Counted from the first letter of the stretch, positions 45,666 to 56,013 are shown. The stretch: 64,000 nucleotides of DNA from an uncultured Gemmatimonadaceae bacterium (GCA_963781585.1 CAWAGQ010000015.1:31474-95473); one strand, 5' to 3'. Numbers and translations are program-made. Notes: generated by a model from the letters alone, not told the origin.

Positions 45666-47498
45666 CTATCGACCGCCCTTCCCTGTCACCGGGTCCACGT
45701 GCAACACCGCCATCATCCCCGCACCGAGGTGCTCGGCGATGTGGCAGTGGAGCATCCACGCCCCGGGGTTCGACGCGTCGATGAGCAGATCGACCGTGGA
45801 CCCGACCGGGATGATGGCGGTGTCCTTCCAGACCAGATTCTTCGTCGCGATGCCGTCCCGCGAGACGACCAGCATCCGCTGGCCGTGCAAATGGATCGGA
45901 TGCTGCATCGGATGGAACGACTTCGGGTCGTTGAAAATCCGGAGCTTGACCACCGACCCCTGCGGCACGTGCCAGTCGATGTCCATGTTCTCCCTGCCCG
46001 TGTCGTCGTCGCGCAGGATCCAGCGCACCTGCCTGCTGGTGGACAGCCAGTTCATGAGCGGCATTCCGTCCACCCATTCCACCGGCGCGAAGTACGCGGT
46101 GTCGATGGTCATGAACTGGACGGTGGCGAGCGGGAGACCGGTCGTCTGTACGGTGAGGGTGATTCGCTTGTCGGGCGCCTTGTCGAAGCACGGACGGTAG
46201 CGGTCCACGTCGCGGGTGACCGCCTCGTTATGCCGCAGCGCGGCGAACTGCTGCGCGTAGTCGGGTGACGCCGGCGTGGGGTTCACGGTGATGATGCCCA
46301 GGGTATCCACCTCGGGCTCGATCTCGCCCTTGTAGTGATTGATCGCCTGCACCGCGTTCACCAGCGCGTACTGTCCGGCGCGGGGGAACCGGACCTCCAC
46401 GACGTAGCGTTCGGCCGGCGCCAGCACGACGCTGGACACCCGCTCTTCGCGCTCGAACCGGCTCACATCCGACGCCACCACCTTCATCGGTGCGCCGCCG
46501 AACGAGACGTTCCAGGTGCGCGAGCTCGACACGTTGGTGAGATGGAATCGCACCACTTCGCCGGCCTTCGCGCTGAGCGTGTAGCGTGTCTCCCCGTTTA
46601 CCAGGAGCACGTTGCCCACTCGCCCCATCAGCACGTAGTCCGGGCCCTCCAGACCGAACGGGATGAGCGAGTCGCCGTGAACGAGCAGGTCGTCGAGCAC
46701 GAGGGCCTGCTCGCGGTTGGCGGGCGAGTAGTAGTCGGGGTCCGGCGAGTCGACCAGCATGTTGCCGAACAGCCCCATCGCCTGCTCGATGTCCTCGCGC
46801 ACGTGCGGGTGGTACCAGTAGATGCCGGCGTCGGGGAAGTGAACGGTGTAGACGTAGTCCCCGCCGGGCTCCACCGCCTTCTGCGTGAGGTCGGGGACGC
46901 CGTCGCTCCGGTTGTCCAGTCGGATGCCGTGCCAGTGGACGGTACTCGGCAGGTCGATCCGGTTGTGGAACCGCACCGTGATGGTCGCGTTCTGCCTGAC
47001 GCGGATGAGCGGGCCCGGCACCTGGCCGTTGAAGCCATACATCACGAACGTGTGGCCGCGGATCGTGCGCCTGACGAGCATCGCGGTGAGGTCGAGCGTG
47101 TCGCCGTCGTGCATCTGCGCCATCTGTGACGGCTTCACCATCGGGAGCACCGCCGCATCGGTGCCGGCGCCCGGGAGAAATGGGGTCACCGGTGGCGTGA
47201 GTCCCATCAGGCCCGGGATCATCGGCATGCCCGCGGGCATCGGGATCGGCATCGGTATCGCCATGCCGCCGCGCTGCATCCCCGGCATGTCCATGGAGTC
47301 GGGAACGGCTTCCTTCTTCTTCGACGAATCCGCGCCCATCCCGGGCATACCGGGCATACCGGGCATCGTCGGTGGCGGTTTCGGCGGCGGCTTGACCTGA
47401 GCCAGGGCCACAGACCACGGCGCGCTCACGACCGCCGCCACGATCGCCGCGTGGCGCAACCTGCACGCAATGTCGCCGGGCCGGCTCACCGGGATCAC
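45666..47498 (-). CDS. Three-domain multicopper oxidase with a Met-rich N-terminal region
   Basis: HWHG, YWYHPH, HPIHLHG, HCHIAEHLGAGM; signal ending ALAQ; MPG repeats; GTG start overlapping the upstream TGA. Confidence 0.93.
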   Translation of the reverse strand: MIPVSRPGDIACRLRHAAIVAAVVSAPWSVALAQVKPPPKPPPTMPGMPGMPGMGADSSKKKEAVPDSMDMPGMQRGGMAIPMPIPMPAGMPMIPGLMGLTPPVTPFLPGAGTDAAVLPMVKPSQMAQMHDGDTLDLTAMLVRRTIRGHTFVMYGFNGQVPGPLIRVRQNATITVRFHNRIDLPSTVHWHGIRLDNRSDGVPDLTQKAVEPGGDYVYTVHFPDAGIYWYHPHVREDIEQAMGLFGNMLVDSPDPDYYSPANREQALVLDDLLVHGDSLIPFGLEGPDYVLMGRVGNVLLVNGETRYTLSAKAGEVVRFHLTNVSSSRTWNVSFGGAPMKVVASDVSRFEREERVSSVVLAPAERYVVEVRFPRAGQYALVNAVQAINHYKGEIEPEVDTLGIITVNPTPASPDYAQQFAALRHNEAVTRDVDRYRPCFDKAPDKRITLTVQTTGLPLATVQFMTIDTAYFAPVEWVDGMPLMNWLSTSRQVRWILRDDDTGRENMDIDWHVPQGSVVKLRIFNDPKSFHPMQHPIHLHGQRMLVVSRDGIATKNLVWKDTAIIPVGSTVDLLIDASNPGAWMLHCHIAEHLGAGMMAVLHVDPVTGKGGR

Positions 47499-48049
47499 GG
47501 TGGAATTCCGCGGAAAAGCGGGTGGGTGAGGAATGACTGGATCCAACCGCTGGGCGAGATGCCGTGGAGCACCGTCGGCCCCACGTGCGCGGATGGTGAC
47601 GCCGAGGGTTCCGCAGCGATCACGAGGATGAACTTGTTCATCTCGGCGCGTCCCACGGTGGTGGTCCCGTTCGCGACCGCGCCGAGTCGATGCCACTGTT
47701 TCAGGTCGGTAGAGACCTCCCAGGCGACGTACGAGGAAAACGCCCCCAGCCTCCCGGCGTCAGGCAGACCAGACGCGGTGACCTGCACGTCGTAGCTGGC
47801 GCGGCCATCGGCGGTGACCGCGATTCCGAACGGCGACTCCGCGAAGACGAGACGTGCGCTCCCCTTTGCCGTCGGCGCCTGTGGTGTGGAGAGGAGGATG
47901 ATGTCGAAGAAAGGCCCGGCCGCGCCAGTCACCACAAGGCACGCGCCGGCACCGAGCGTCGCCGTGAGTCGCTGCAGCCACGTTAGGCGCTGGCGGGCAC
48001 GCCGGCGGCTGGCGAGGAGGGTCGTGGCTGTCGTCCTCCTGGTGATCAC
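47495..48049 (-). CDS. Exported hypothetical protein (C-terminus reminiscent of the RskA extracytoplasmic domain)
   Basis: Signal-like helix, YVAW, LGAV, FILVIAAEP...GPTVL; GTGA overlaps at both ends. Confidence 0.65.
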   Translation of the reverse strand: MITRRTTATTLLASRRRARQRLTWLQRLTATLGAGACLVVTGAAGPFFDIILLSTPQAPTAKGSARLVFAESPFGIAVTADGRASYDVQVTASGLPDAGRLGAFSSYVAWEVSTDLKQWHRLGAVANGTTTVGRAEMNKFILVIAAEPSASPSAHVGPTVLHGISPSGWIQSFLTHPLFRGIPP

Positions 48050-49449
48050 CGGCGCCCGGATCCCTGGTCCGCCTTTGTCTTGAAGACCTTCTCCGGCCCG
48101 TGGTCCCAGTCCTGGACGCTGGAGATGTTCGGCATGTTGTAGTCGTGTCCGTTCCAGCCGTTGAATCCGTCCATGTGGAAGAGCCAGAGGCCGCTCCGCA
48201 TGTCGGACAGCACCACCAGGCCATCGTAATTGCGAACATCCACGCCGAACGCGCCCTGTTCCACGCTGGTGGTGCTCTGCCAGCCGACTTCCGGCGAGCC
48301 GCCGAAGCCGTGCTCGTGCTCGCACTCGCAGGTGAAGTAGTAGCCGTCGGTCTTCGGGTGCTTTGGATCCTTGAGGTCGAAGACCTGGAGCCCGTCCTCA
48401 TAGGCGGAGACGAAGACGTACGGCCAGCGGACCTCGTGATTGTGCGACAAGTCGTGCCAGTCGGCGGTCCACGCGCTGATCGGGAGGTCGATGTTCTGGG
48501 TCTTCCCCTGCTGGCCGGGCTCGAGGTCCCAGACGCGGAGCGGCGTGTACTGGTATTCCGTCTCGGTCACCGCATAACGACCGTCGGGCGACGGGGTGAA
48601 GGTGTGCGCAATGTCCATCCCCAGGCCGGTGATGGTGAACATCTGCTTCGGCGTCTCCGGATGGGTGACATCCCACACCGAGTATCCGCCAAGGCCTGCA
48701 CCGTAGAACTTGTCCTGCTGCGTGGCCGGGTCATAGCCGACATAAAAGTCGTGGTAGCCGCCGGCGCCGATCTGCTTGAAAGGGGTGGGATTGGGGATCT
48801 CGCCGATCAGCCAGGTGCTGGAGTCGGCGCCGCTGACGACGCGGTCGAGATCGTAGATCAGCGCGACCGGCTTGTTGACGGTGGCGAAGTAGAGCGCGCG
48901 GCCATCCGAGTGTTTGTAGGCGAACGTGTTGTGGAATCCACCGGGCGATTGCGGGTAGCGGATACGGGCGACCACTTTGACCTTCGAAGTGTCAGGCAAT
49001 CCGGTGACGTCGAAGATGACCGCGCCCAGATCCGCGTCGGGGCTGCCCTGGAAGAACTGGTACGACTGGGCGTAGTAGTAGCGACCGCCGATCTTGAAGT
49101 ACTTGCCGTCCATGGCGCCGATCCCGCGGTGCAGCTCGGGATTCTCGATCGTCCAGTCGTAGATCTTGCGCGGGTTCGCCGGATCGCGGATGTCGTAGAT
49201 CTGCGCGTCGAGGTTGACGAAGCCCGAGATGTACACGTAAGGCCGGCCGGGGTCCTGCTCCATCTCGATGTCGGCGGCCTTCCAGGCGCCGGGGTGGCTG
49301 ACGACATGGCCGAGCATTTTGATCTTCGTGCTGCCGCCATGCTTCTTGTCCATCTGGGGGACGGGCGCACCTTCGTCCTGGGCGCGCACCAGGGTGGCTG
49401 GGGCAAGGGCGGGCATGAGGGCGAGCGAGAGGACCAGGGATTTGCGCAT
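48046..49449 (-). CDS. Secreted LVIVD-repeat beta-propeller with conserved blade histidines
   Basis: IYDIRDPANP, IFDVTGLPD, VWDVTHPETP, LQVFDLKDPKHP; GFHNT, GYHDF, IAHTF, SHNHEV; GGAG RBS. Confidence 0.82.
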   Translation of the reverse strand: MRKSLVLSLALMPALAPATLVRAQDEGAPVPQMDKKHGGSTKIKMLGHVVSHPGAWKAADIEMEQDPGRPYVYISGFVNLDAQIYDIRDPANPRKIYDWTIENPELHRGIGAMDGKYFKIGGRYYYAQSYQFFQGSPDADLGAVIFDVTGLPDTSKVKVVARIRYPQSPGGFHNTFAYKHSDGRALYFATVNKPVALIYDLDRVVSGADSSTWLIGEIPNPTPFKQIGAGGYHDFYVGYDPATQQDKFYGAGLGGYSVWDVTHPETPKQMFTITGLGMDIAHTFTPSPDGRYAVTETEYQYTPLRVWDLEPGQQGKTQNIDLPISAWTADWHDLSHNHEVRWPYVFVSAYEDGLQVFDLKDPKHPKTDGYYFTCECEHEHGFGGSPEVGWQSTTSVEQGAFGVDVRNYDGLVVLSDMRSGLWLFHMDGFNGWNGHDYNMPNISSVQDWDHGPEKVFKTKADQGSGRR

Positions 49450-49503
49450 GGAGGGTCTCCAGGAGTGACGCGGACTCGGAGGCCGTGCGGGGGCCGGAGC
49501 CGT

Positions 49504-49518
49504 TACATCTATATAGAT
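49504..49518. promoter_or_regulatory. AT-rich palindrome ATCTATATAGAT, candidate operator
   Basis: Perfect 12-bp palindrome at 49507-49518 in the divergent intergenic region upstream of the LVIVD-MCO operon. Confidence 0.55.
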
Positions 49519-49744
49519 AGACTGGGAAGCGCTGGGCGGCTCGTGGCGGGGAGTATGCGGGGTGACGGTGGTACCGGCAAGGCGGGCGGTGACGGGGCGA
49601 GCGTGCGCAGGCTGTGTCGACGGGGCTGGTACGGTGCAATGGAGGCGGCGCGGCATGGCCCGTCGCGCCCTGGCCGTTCTGGCTGACCCCGCTTCGCCGT
49701 GCTATGATTTTGCGCCGTCGATTTCGACTGGGCAGGTACACTTC

Positions 49745-51057
49745 ATGTCGCGTTCCACCGCCATCACCTGGCTCGCGTCGTCGTGCATGGGGCTCGCCGC
49801 GTGCAGTGCCATCGCCGCCATCGCGGGCGCTCCGAAGATCACCTCCGTCACCGTGACTGCTCCCGCCGGCCTCCTGGTCGGCGACTCGGCCGTGGCAACT
49901 GCCGACGCGCTCGGCGACGATCACAAGACACACAACGGGCGGCCACGAACTTGGCGCAGCAGCGACCCCGCTGCCCTCTCCATAGACCAGAACGGGAACA
50001 TCAAAGCGCTCATCGGCGGCCGGACTGTTACCATCACCGCCGAAGTAGATGGAACGAAGGGATCGGCGACGGTGGGAATCGCGAACGACCACAACCAGTT
50101 CGGCTACGCGCTCGCGGACCAGCCGACCGCGGCAGGATCCTACGTTCCCGACGCGGCCAATCGCTTCAGCTCGAGTGGCGGCACGATCGAAGTCACGCAT
50201 ACCGCCACCGGAGTCTATTCGGTGCGTTTCGCCGGGCTGGGTCGGGCTCCAGGGCAACGCGACAACGTCCAAGTCTCCCCGTACAACGCGACCTCACCAA
50301 CCTACTGCAAGATCGACCTCTGGGATGCGAGCGGAGCCGATCTGCGGGTACCCGTGGTCTGCTTTGCATTGCCCGATGGTACGCCCGCGGATAGTCGATT
50401 CACGATTCTCGCGTTAGGCGCATGGGCCTTCGGCAGGACGGCCCCGCTGGGCTTCGCCCTGGTCGACGGCGACACCGGTGCCTTCCGCCTGGACACGTTG
50501 GCCACGGCTCGAAACTCGACCGGCAGCAACGTGGACGGCGGGCGAAGCTCGGAAGGGCAGTACGGACTCCAGTTCACGGGGCTCGAGACCTCGTGGACGG
50601 CCGCGCCCGCGGCGGTCGAGGTGTCCAGCGTGGGAACGGGACTGCGGCGCTGCCGACTTACCGCCTACGACGTCCCGCACGCGGCTCTTGGCATCACCTG
50701 CACCAGACTTGCCGGCGGCCTGGGCGATGCACCGTTCAGCGTGCTGTGGTTGCAACACGGACGGCCATCGATGCGCTTCGGCTTCGCGTGGGCCTACAAT
50801 TCGCGCGCCACCACGGCCTATGACACCTATCCCGATTTCCTGATCAACTCGCCTGGCGGATCGGTGAAGTCGCGCAAAACAGCGACGGGCAATACCACAT
50901 CGTCTTCTCCGGACTCGCCCGTCCCGCAGGAGCCACCGAGACCGTCCTGCTGCAGACCCTGTTCCAGCAGTCCGGCGACCGGATCTGCGACCTCATGTCG
51001 TGGGGCGACACGGGCGCGAGCGACGCCGGCAATCGCTTCGAGGTGTCGGCGCCGTAG
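49745..51057 (+). pseudogene. Frameshifted lipoprotein with an Ig-like domain and three internal repeats
   Basis: LAAC lipobox, WRSSDP...IDQNG Ig motif; repeats FG(Y/F)A...G.Y...F.GL. Adding one G at ~50889 restores GQYHIVFSGL and gives TAG at 51055-51057. Confidence 0.75.
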
Positions 51058-51410
51058 CTCTTCTCCGAAGCGATTCCGCCGCCTTCAGTGGTTCGGTTTC
51101 TCGAACTGTGGAATCAGTAGGCTGGTGCCAAGATTCATCGGATCTCACGGACTCGTGGCTGGAACGCCTCGGGCTCGGCGATTCGACATCGTGCCGGTCG
51201 GTCGAGTAGTGCTGCGTCCGCGACGCGGCTTGTGTAACGCCGGCGTGTAACGCTTGCCGCCCGCGTCACGTTGCGGTCGCACACCCGGATGTGACCTGAT
51301 ATCGTAAGTACGCGGATCATATGCAGTTCCTGTCAGCCAACCGAGTGGCCTCGGGTTTGAATGGCGGGAGTGTCAATTCCCGTATCTGACCCCCATTCGG
51401 AGATCGACTC

Positions 51411-53303
51411 ATGCGACGACCACCCGCTCGTTGGATATTCGCTCTCGCCATCGTCGCCTCGCCGCCGCTCGACGCGCAGTCCGCGCCCAGGGCCGCGCTG
51501 GGAAAACTCGTCCCCGTGAGTGACATCCGCCCCGACTGGCTTGATGACGCCGTCGAGTCGCCAAACGGACGTTTTTACCTGCTCTCGAGCTATTCATCGA
51601 ACGATTCAGGCTTCCTGCGATACGATCGGGTGAAGCGATCGTGGGGGTACCTCGGTCGGGGAAACGCGGGGCAGAATCCGCGATGGTCCTCGAACGGCCG
51701 GTTCGTGGCGTACATCCGTCAGGCGGAAGAATCCCGCGACCGCCACGTGTGGGTCCTTCCGATGGATACGGCGACCGGCTTGCCCAGCGGACCGGCGCGC
51801 CGGGTGAGCACGCGTTCGGGGATCGGGCCGGTCGCATGGTCCCCTGACGGCCGTCGCATTGCGTTCATCGCGCGGGACTCCGGGCGGAGTTCAGTGGTCG
51901 CCGTGCCGTTCAACGGTGGCGACGAACAAGTGCTATTCGAGGCTTCGGGAGTCCTCAACACCGTTGTCTGGTCGCCCGACGGACGCTTCATATTCGTCAA
52001 CCACGGCGGGCCGAACCAGATTGCGCGTACGCTGCGGGTTTCGCTCGACGACAGGCGTGCGGTCGAGCTGGGCAACGCGAAAGCGCCGATCATCGACATC
52101 TCGCCTGATGGCAAGTGGCTCGCGCAATTCGTGTGGTCTCGCCCCGTTCTGCACTTGCTGTCGACCGACGGTAAGTCAGCGCGGACCGTCGACTTGCATC
52201 GGACCCTCACGAGGCTGACTCCTTCCGGATGGAGTCATACGAATCCGAACGAGATGGTCGCGCTCGACCACATCGTGCCGAGCGGCATTCAGCGCGTCAC
52301 GGTCGCCGACGGACGCATCCGCACGGTCGTGGCATTCGACTCCGTGGGACTGGGTGGTACCGCGCAGTCTCCCGACGAGCGCCAGCTCGCGTACATCCGT
52401 CTTCGCGCTGGCATGACCCAACTCGTGGTGTCCGACACGAGCGGCGGGAACGTGCGTGTTCTGGTGGATGGCGCCCACGGTGGCACGCTCTGGTTGCCCA
52501 CGGGTCAGCACATAGCGTACTCTACGGACGAGAACGACCTTCGCGTCGTCGAGGTGGCATCGAGGAAGTCGCGTGAGCTGATACCGGCCGAACCGGAGCA
52601 ATGCGTCATGCGCGCGCCGAACTGCGACGGCCGATTGTCCTGGGTCGCCTGGCGATCCGACGCCCGCGCGCTTCGGTACTTCGAGCGCCGCGCCACGAGG
52701 GACGGCCACGCGATCGAGCTGCACGAGGTGGATCTCGATGGCCGCCATCGCGTCATCACGACGACCGTCTCGGGCATGCCGTCATTCATCGCGGGGAACG
52801 ACACGCTGTTCCTCGTCACGCAGCCTAACGCTGTTCAGCTGGTGAACGCGCGCACGGGCGCTGACCGCGTCATCTACTCCGGTGCCGCACGCGTGGCCGA
52901 GCACATCGACGCCCACGGTCAGTGGATTCTCCTCGTCGCGGAGAGCGGTGGCCACGGAACGCTGCTCGTCGAACAGCCCCTCGTCGTGTCGCTCACGACC
53001 GGCGAGTCGAAACAATACCCCTACTCGCTCGGCGGCGAGGTGTCGCACGGCACCTTCCTCCCCGACGGCCGCAACTTCATGTTGACTGCATGCGTGACGT
53101 GCCGCGACCCGACCTACACCGAGAAATGGGATCTCATTCTCACTCCAATGAACGGCGATCCGCCGCGCATCCTGACCGGTAGTGAGTCGACGTTCAAAGA
53201 CTTCTGGCCAATTGCCGTGACCAAGGACGGGCGCACGGCGTTCATCGACGCTGAACAGTCGTACAACACACGAATCGTCACGATCGCCCTGCCCAAGTTC
53301 TAA
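51411..53303 (+). CDS. Secreted TolB/PD40-like beta-propeller protein
   Basis: Signal ending LDAQ; repeated WSPDG/SPDG/WSSNG motifs. Confidence 0.85.
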   Translation: MRRPPARWIFALAIVASPPLDAQSAPRAALGKLVPVSDIRPDWLDDAVESPNGRFYLLSSYSSNDSGFLRYDRVKRSWGYLGRGNAGQNPRWSSNGRFVAYIRQAEESRDRHVWVLPMDTATGLPSGPARRVSTRSGIGPVAWSPDGRRIAFIARDSGRSSVVAVPFNGGDEQVLFEASGVLNTVVWSPDGRFIFVNHGGPNQIARTLRVSLDDRRAVELGNAKAPIIDISPDGKWLAQFVWSRPVLHLLSTDGKSARTVDLHRTLTRLTPSGWSHTNPNEMVALDHIVPSGIQRVTVADGRIRTVVAFDSVGLGGTAQSPDERQLAYIRLRAGMTQLVVSDTSGGNVRVLVDGAHGGTLWLPTGQHIAYSTDENDLRVVEVASRKSRELIPAEPEQCVMRAPNCDGRLSWVAWRSDARALRYFERRATRDGHAIELHEVDLDGRHRVITTTVSGMPSFIAGNDTLFLVTQPNAVQLVNARTGADRVIYSGAARVAEHIDAHGQWILLVAESGGHGTLLVEQPLVVSLTTGESKQYPYSLGGEVSHGTFLPDGRNFMLTACVTCRDPTYTEKWDLILTPMNGDPPRILTGSESTFKDFWPIAVTKDGRTAFIDAEQSYNTRIVTIALPKF

Positions 53304-53645
53304 GTGGCCAAGCAACGCGTTCTCATCGTCGACGACGACGAAGCGATCCGCACTTCGACGGCCGAGTCGCTGGCGCGGCACGACCGCGAGGTGCGGACGG
53401 CGGAGAGCGCGATGACCGCGTTGGCCGGGCTCGATCGCTGGCGTCCGGACGTCGTCCTGAGCGACGTCCGGATGCCGGGCATCGACGGCCTCGAGCTGCT
53501 ACAGCTCCTGACCGAGCGCGTCCCCGACGCGGACGTGATCATGATGACCGCGTTCGACGACATGCCGACGATCGTCTCGGCGATGCGGGCCGGCGCCGTG
53601 GAATTCCTCGTGAAGCCGCTCGATCTCGGCGAGCTGCGGCGGACC
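53304..53645 (+). pseudogene. Truncated NtrC-type response regulator (receiver domain only)
   Basis: RVLIVDDD, DVVLSDVRMPGIDG, MMTAF, GAVEFLVKPLD; similarity ends abruptly near 53645. Confidence 0.75.
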
Positions 53646-53646
53646 C

Positions 53647-53775
53647 CTCGACGGCACGGGTCTGGGCCTCAAGATCGCGCGACGGATCGTGTCGAACCAT
53701 CGCGGCGAGCTTCACGTGGCGAGTGCGCTCGGGCACGGGACCACCGTGCGGGTAACGCTCCCGGCGCGCGCGTAA
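53647..53775 (+). pseudogene. C-terminal fragment of a sensor histidine kinase (HATPase G2 box)
   Basis: Alternative frame reads LDGTGLGLKIARRIVSNHRGELHVASALGHGTTVRVTLPARA-TAA (53773-53775). Confidence 0.8.
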
Positions 53776-53777
53776 CG

Positions 53778-53900
53778 TTACGGGTCGGGGACGGCGACGA
53801 TCGTCCCGGCCGTCATCCCTTCGGCTTCCGCCCGGAAGGTCACTACCACGCGATGGCAGAGCACCGGCTCCGCCATCGCACTCGCGTCGGGGGACGGGCG
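53778..53900 (-). pseudogene. C-terminal fragment of a MoxR AAA+ ATPase
   Basis: MAEPVLCHRVVVTFRAEAEGMT resembles the MoxR lid motif PVLRHR....AEAEG. Confidence 0.6.
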
Positions 53901-54195
53901 CAAAAAGGCGGTGCCCTCAATGGAGATTGGCGCTCCTGAAACAGGATTCTGATCCTTGCGAATCGTCCTGACGCCCCGGGACAAGATCTCCGAACCCGGT
54001 ATTTGGACACGAGGGTCACCGCCCAACTCCAGAATGGCACAGACTCGCTTGGCCGTCAAGCGTGAATTGCGATGCCGAGACCGGCAACACGTGTCCGGAT
54101 CGAGCTGCGGGCTGGTGCTGCGGCGCCGGATACCTGGCCTTTGCAAGCGATGGAAGGTGAACGGCTTTGGCAACGGCGCCTTGAAGCTGAGTGAT

Positions 54196-54540
54196 TCAGG
54201 GTCCCTGCACGATCGCGGCTATGGTTCGGCCTAGGAAGGTGAATACAGCCTGGAAGCGGCCCTTCGCCTTCGTCCGTGCGCCTTCGCGCGGGACGCCCTG
54301 GCCCCGCGCGACCACGTAGATCCGGCCCGTACCATCATCGACCTCGTATGCGCCGGTACCCAGCACGCCGGCACTCTGCGTGACCGTTCCCTCCACCTCG
54401 ACCGTGCGGCCGTCAAAGTCCTGCGGCCGGTCCAGAAGGTCGCGAATCGGCACGATGTGCGCGCACGCGCTGAGCCCGAGGAGGGCCAACCCAACCAGGG
54501 CGATACGGCTGCTGCGTGGAAAGTGTGCTTTGGATCCCAT
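54196..54540 (-). CDS. Small OB-fold lipoprotein
   Basis: LGLSAC lipobox, FDGRTVEVEGTV, YEVDDGTGRIYV; GGAG RBS. Confidence 0.8.
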   Translation of the reverse strand: MGSKAHFPRSSRIALVGLALLGLSACAHIVPIRDLLDRPQDFDGRTVEVEGTVTQSAGVLGTGAYEVDDGTGRIYVVARGQGVPREGARTKAKGRFQAVFTFLGRTIAAIVQGP

Positions 54541-54647
54541 GGTCTCCTCCGCCGGAAGGTCGTCTCGTCGGTTTGGTTGATAAGCATTGTCTCGCGTCAC
54601 CGCTCCCCCTCCCCACAAGTAATTGGCTTGCTGGGCAACTACCCGGC

Positions 54648-55796
54648 TCAGTCTGCGGCGTTCGGCAGAGCTGGCTCGTGTGAATCGGCACGCACCATCC
54701 GCGCCTTCTGCGCGATGATGCCCGCCAGCCGAGCTGCATCGCGTCCCACGCCGTGCACCATCACCGACGACCCCGCATACAGGAACAGCAGGCCGAGGAA
54801 GTAAAGACCGGGCACATGTGGAACGACACCGGCATCGTGCCGGGGCTCGAGCGGTCCATGCACGTCGATGTCGATCCAGGAGAAGCCGGCATCGAGCCCG
54901 GTGCACCAGATGACGTTCCGTACGTCGAGGACGCGCCCGTCGGAGAGGATCGGCTTCCCGCCCTCGACACCTGCAATCCTCGGTGCCAGGCGCACGCCCG
55001 CGCTGACCAGGTCCACGCGCTTCGTGCGCACCCTCGGACCGCCGACGCTGAGCATCTTCGTCCGGATCCGCCGGCCGATTGGGGTCCGTATCGTGAGCAC
55101 CCGGTGAAAGACGACGCGGAAGATGATGGGTACAAGGACGCGGGAGAGCACGCCCTCGATCCGGAAGGGGACCTGTCCCACGTCGCGCCCGGCCAGACAC
55201 GTCGTATGGGTTGGCACGACGTCGAGTGCGATCTCGGCGCCGGAATTGCCGGCGCCAACGACCAGCACGTCGCCTTCCTGCAACTGCGACGGGTTGCGAT
55301 ACTCGAACGACGTCAGTTGGATGATGTCCGGAGACAACTCGGACGCGAACGATGGAACGCGCGGCTGCTGAAACCCCGACATCGCGACAACGACTTGTCG
55401 CGCCTCGAAGCGCCGGTCCCCCGCCTCGATCAGGAAGCGACCGTCATCCTTCACCGCGAGACGGTCGACCCGAACGCCGGTCTCCACCGGGAGGTTGAAT
55501 CGCTTCGCGTACACCTCCAGGTACTGAGCCATCTCGTCCTTGGTCGGGAACGAGAATCCGGCGGCAGGGAAGGGCATGCCCGGCAACCCATCGTACTTCG
55601 CCGGTGTGAACAGCCGCAGCGAGTCCCAGCGCTCGCGCCAGGAATCTCCGATGCGCTCGTGCGCGTCGAGGATGACGCAGGGCACATTTCGGCGACGGAG
55701 CTCGTAGCCCATCGCCAGTCCGGCCTGACCGCCACCGATAACGATGACATCGTGAGCCGAAGGGTCCACTGCCCACAGATACGAGATGGGGCCCAT
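54648..55796 (-). CDS. Flavin-containing monooxygenase (FMO/ArsO-like)
   Basis: IGGGQAGL, GDSW..RWDSLRLFTP, VVGAGNSGAEIA, VIWCTG, GLYFLG. Start at 55796 or 55769. Confidence 0.9.
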   Translation of the reverse strand: MGPISYLWAVDPSAHDVIVIGGGQAGLAMGYELRRRNVPCVILDAHERIGDSWRERWDSLRLFTPAKYDGLPGMPFPAAGFSFPTKDEMAQYLEVYAKRFNLPVETGVRVDRLAVKDDGRFLIEAGDRRFEARQVVVAMSGFQQPRVPSFASELSPDIIQLTSFEYRNPSQLQEGDVLVVGAGNSGAEIALDVVPTHTTCLAGRDVGQVPFRIEGVLSRVLVPIIFRVVFHRVLTIRTPIGRRIRTKMLSVGGPRVRTKRVDLVSAGVRLAPRIAGVEGGKPILSDGRVLDVRNVIWCTGLDAGFSWIDIDVHGPLEPRHDAGVVPHVPGLYFLGLLFLYAGSSVMVHGVGRDAARLAGIIAQKARMVRADSHEPALPNAAD

Positions 55797-56013
55797 TGAT
55801 GCAATTGGGAAAGGTGCCCGCGACGAGCACCGACCCAGCATCTTGCTCCCGCCCAGGCTCGGGGTAGTTTTCCGAGGTGCGGCGCGCAGGGCGCCTCCCG
55901 TCCGCGGACAGGACCGAGTCCACCTGATCATCGCCTGAAGTAACGGCTGGGTTCTTCCGAACCTCCTGTCGCCCGACGCCAGCGGACCCCGGGCATCTTC
56001 AAGGAGGCTCGTC

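Noticed and set aside
51232..51253. Direct repeat GTGTAACGC x2 upstream of the TolB-like gene as a regulatory site
   Set aside because: Only 9 bp, with no cognate regulator or clear promoter partner; too weak to call.
53940..54195. Short ORFs between the MoxR remnant and the OB-fold gene
   Set aside because: No recognisable motif, RBS or consistent frame.
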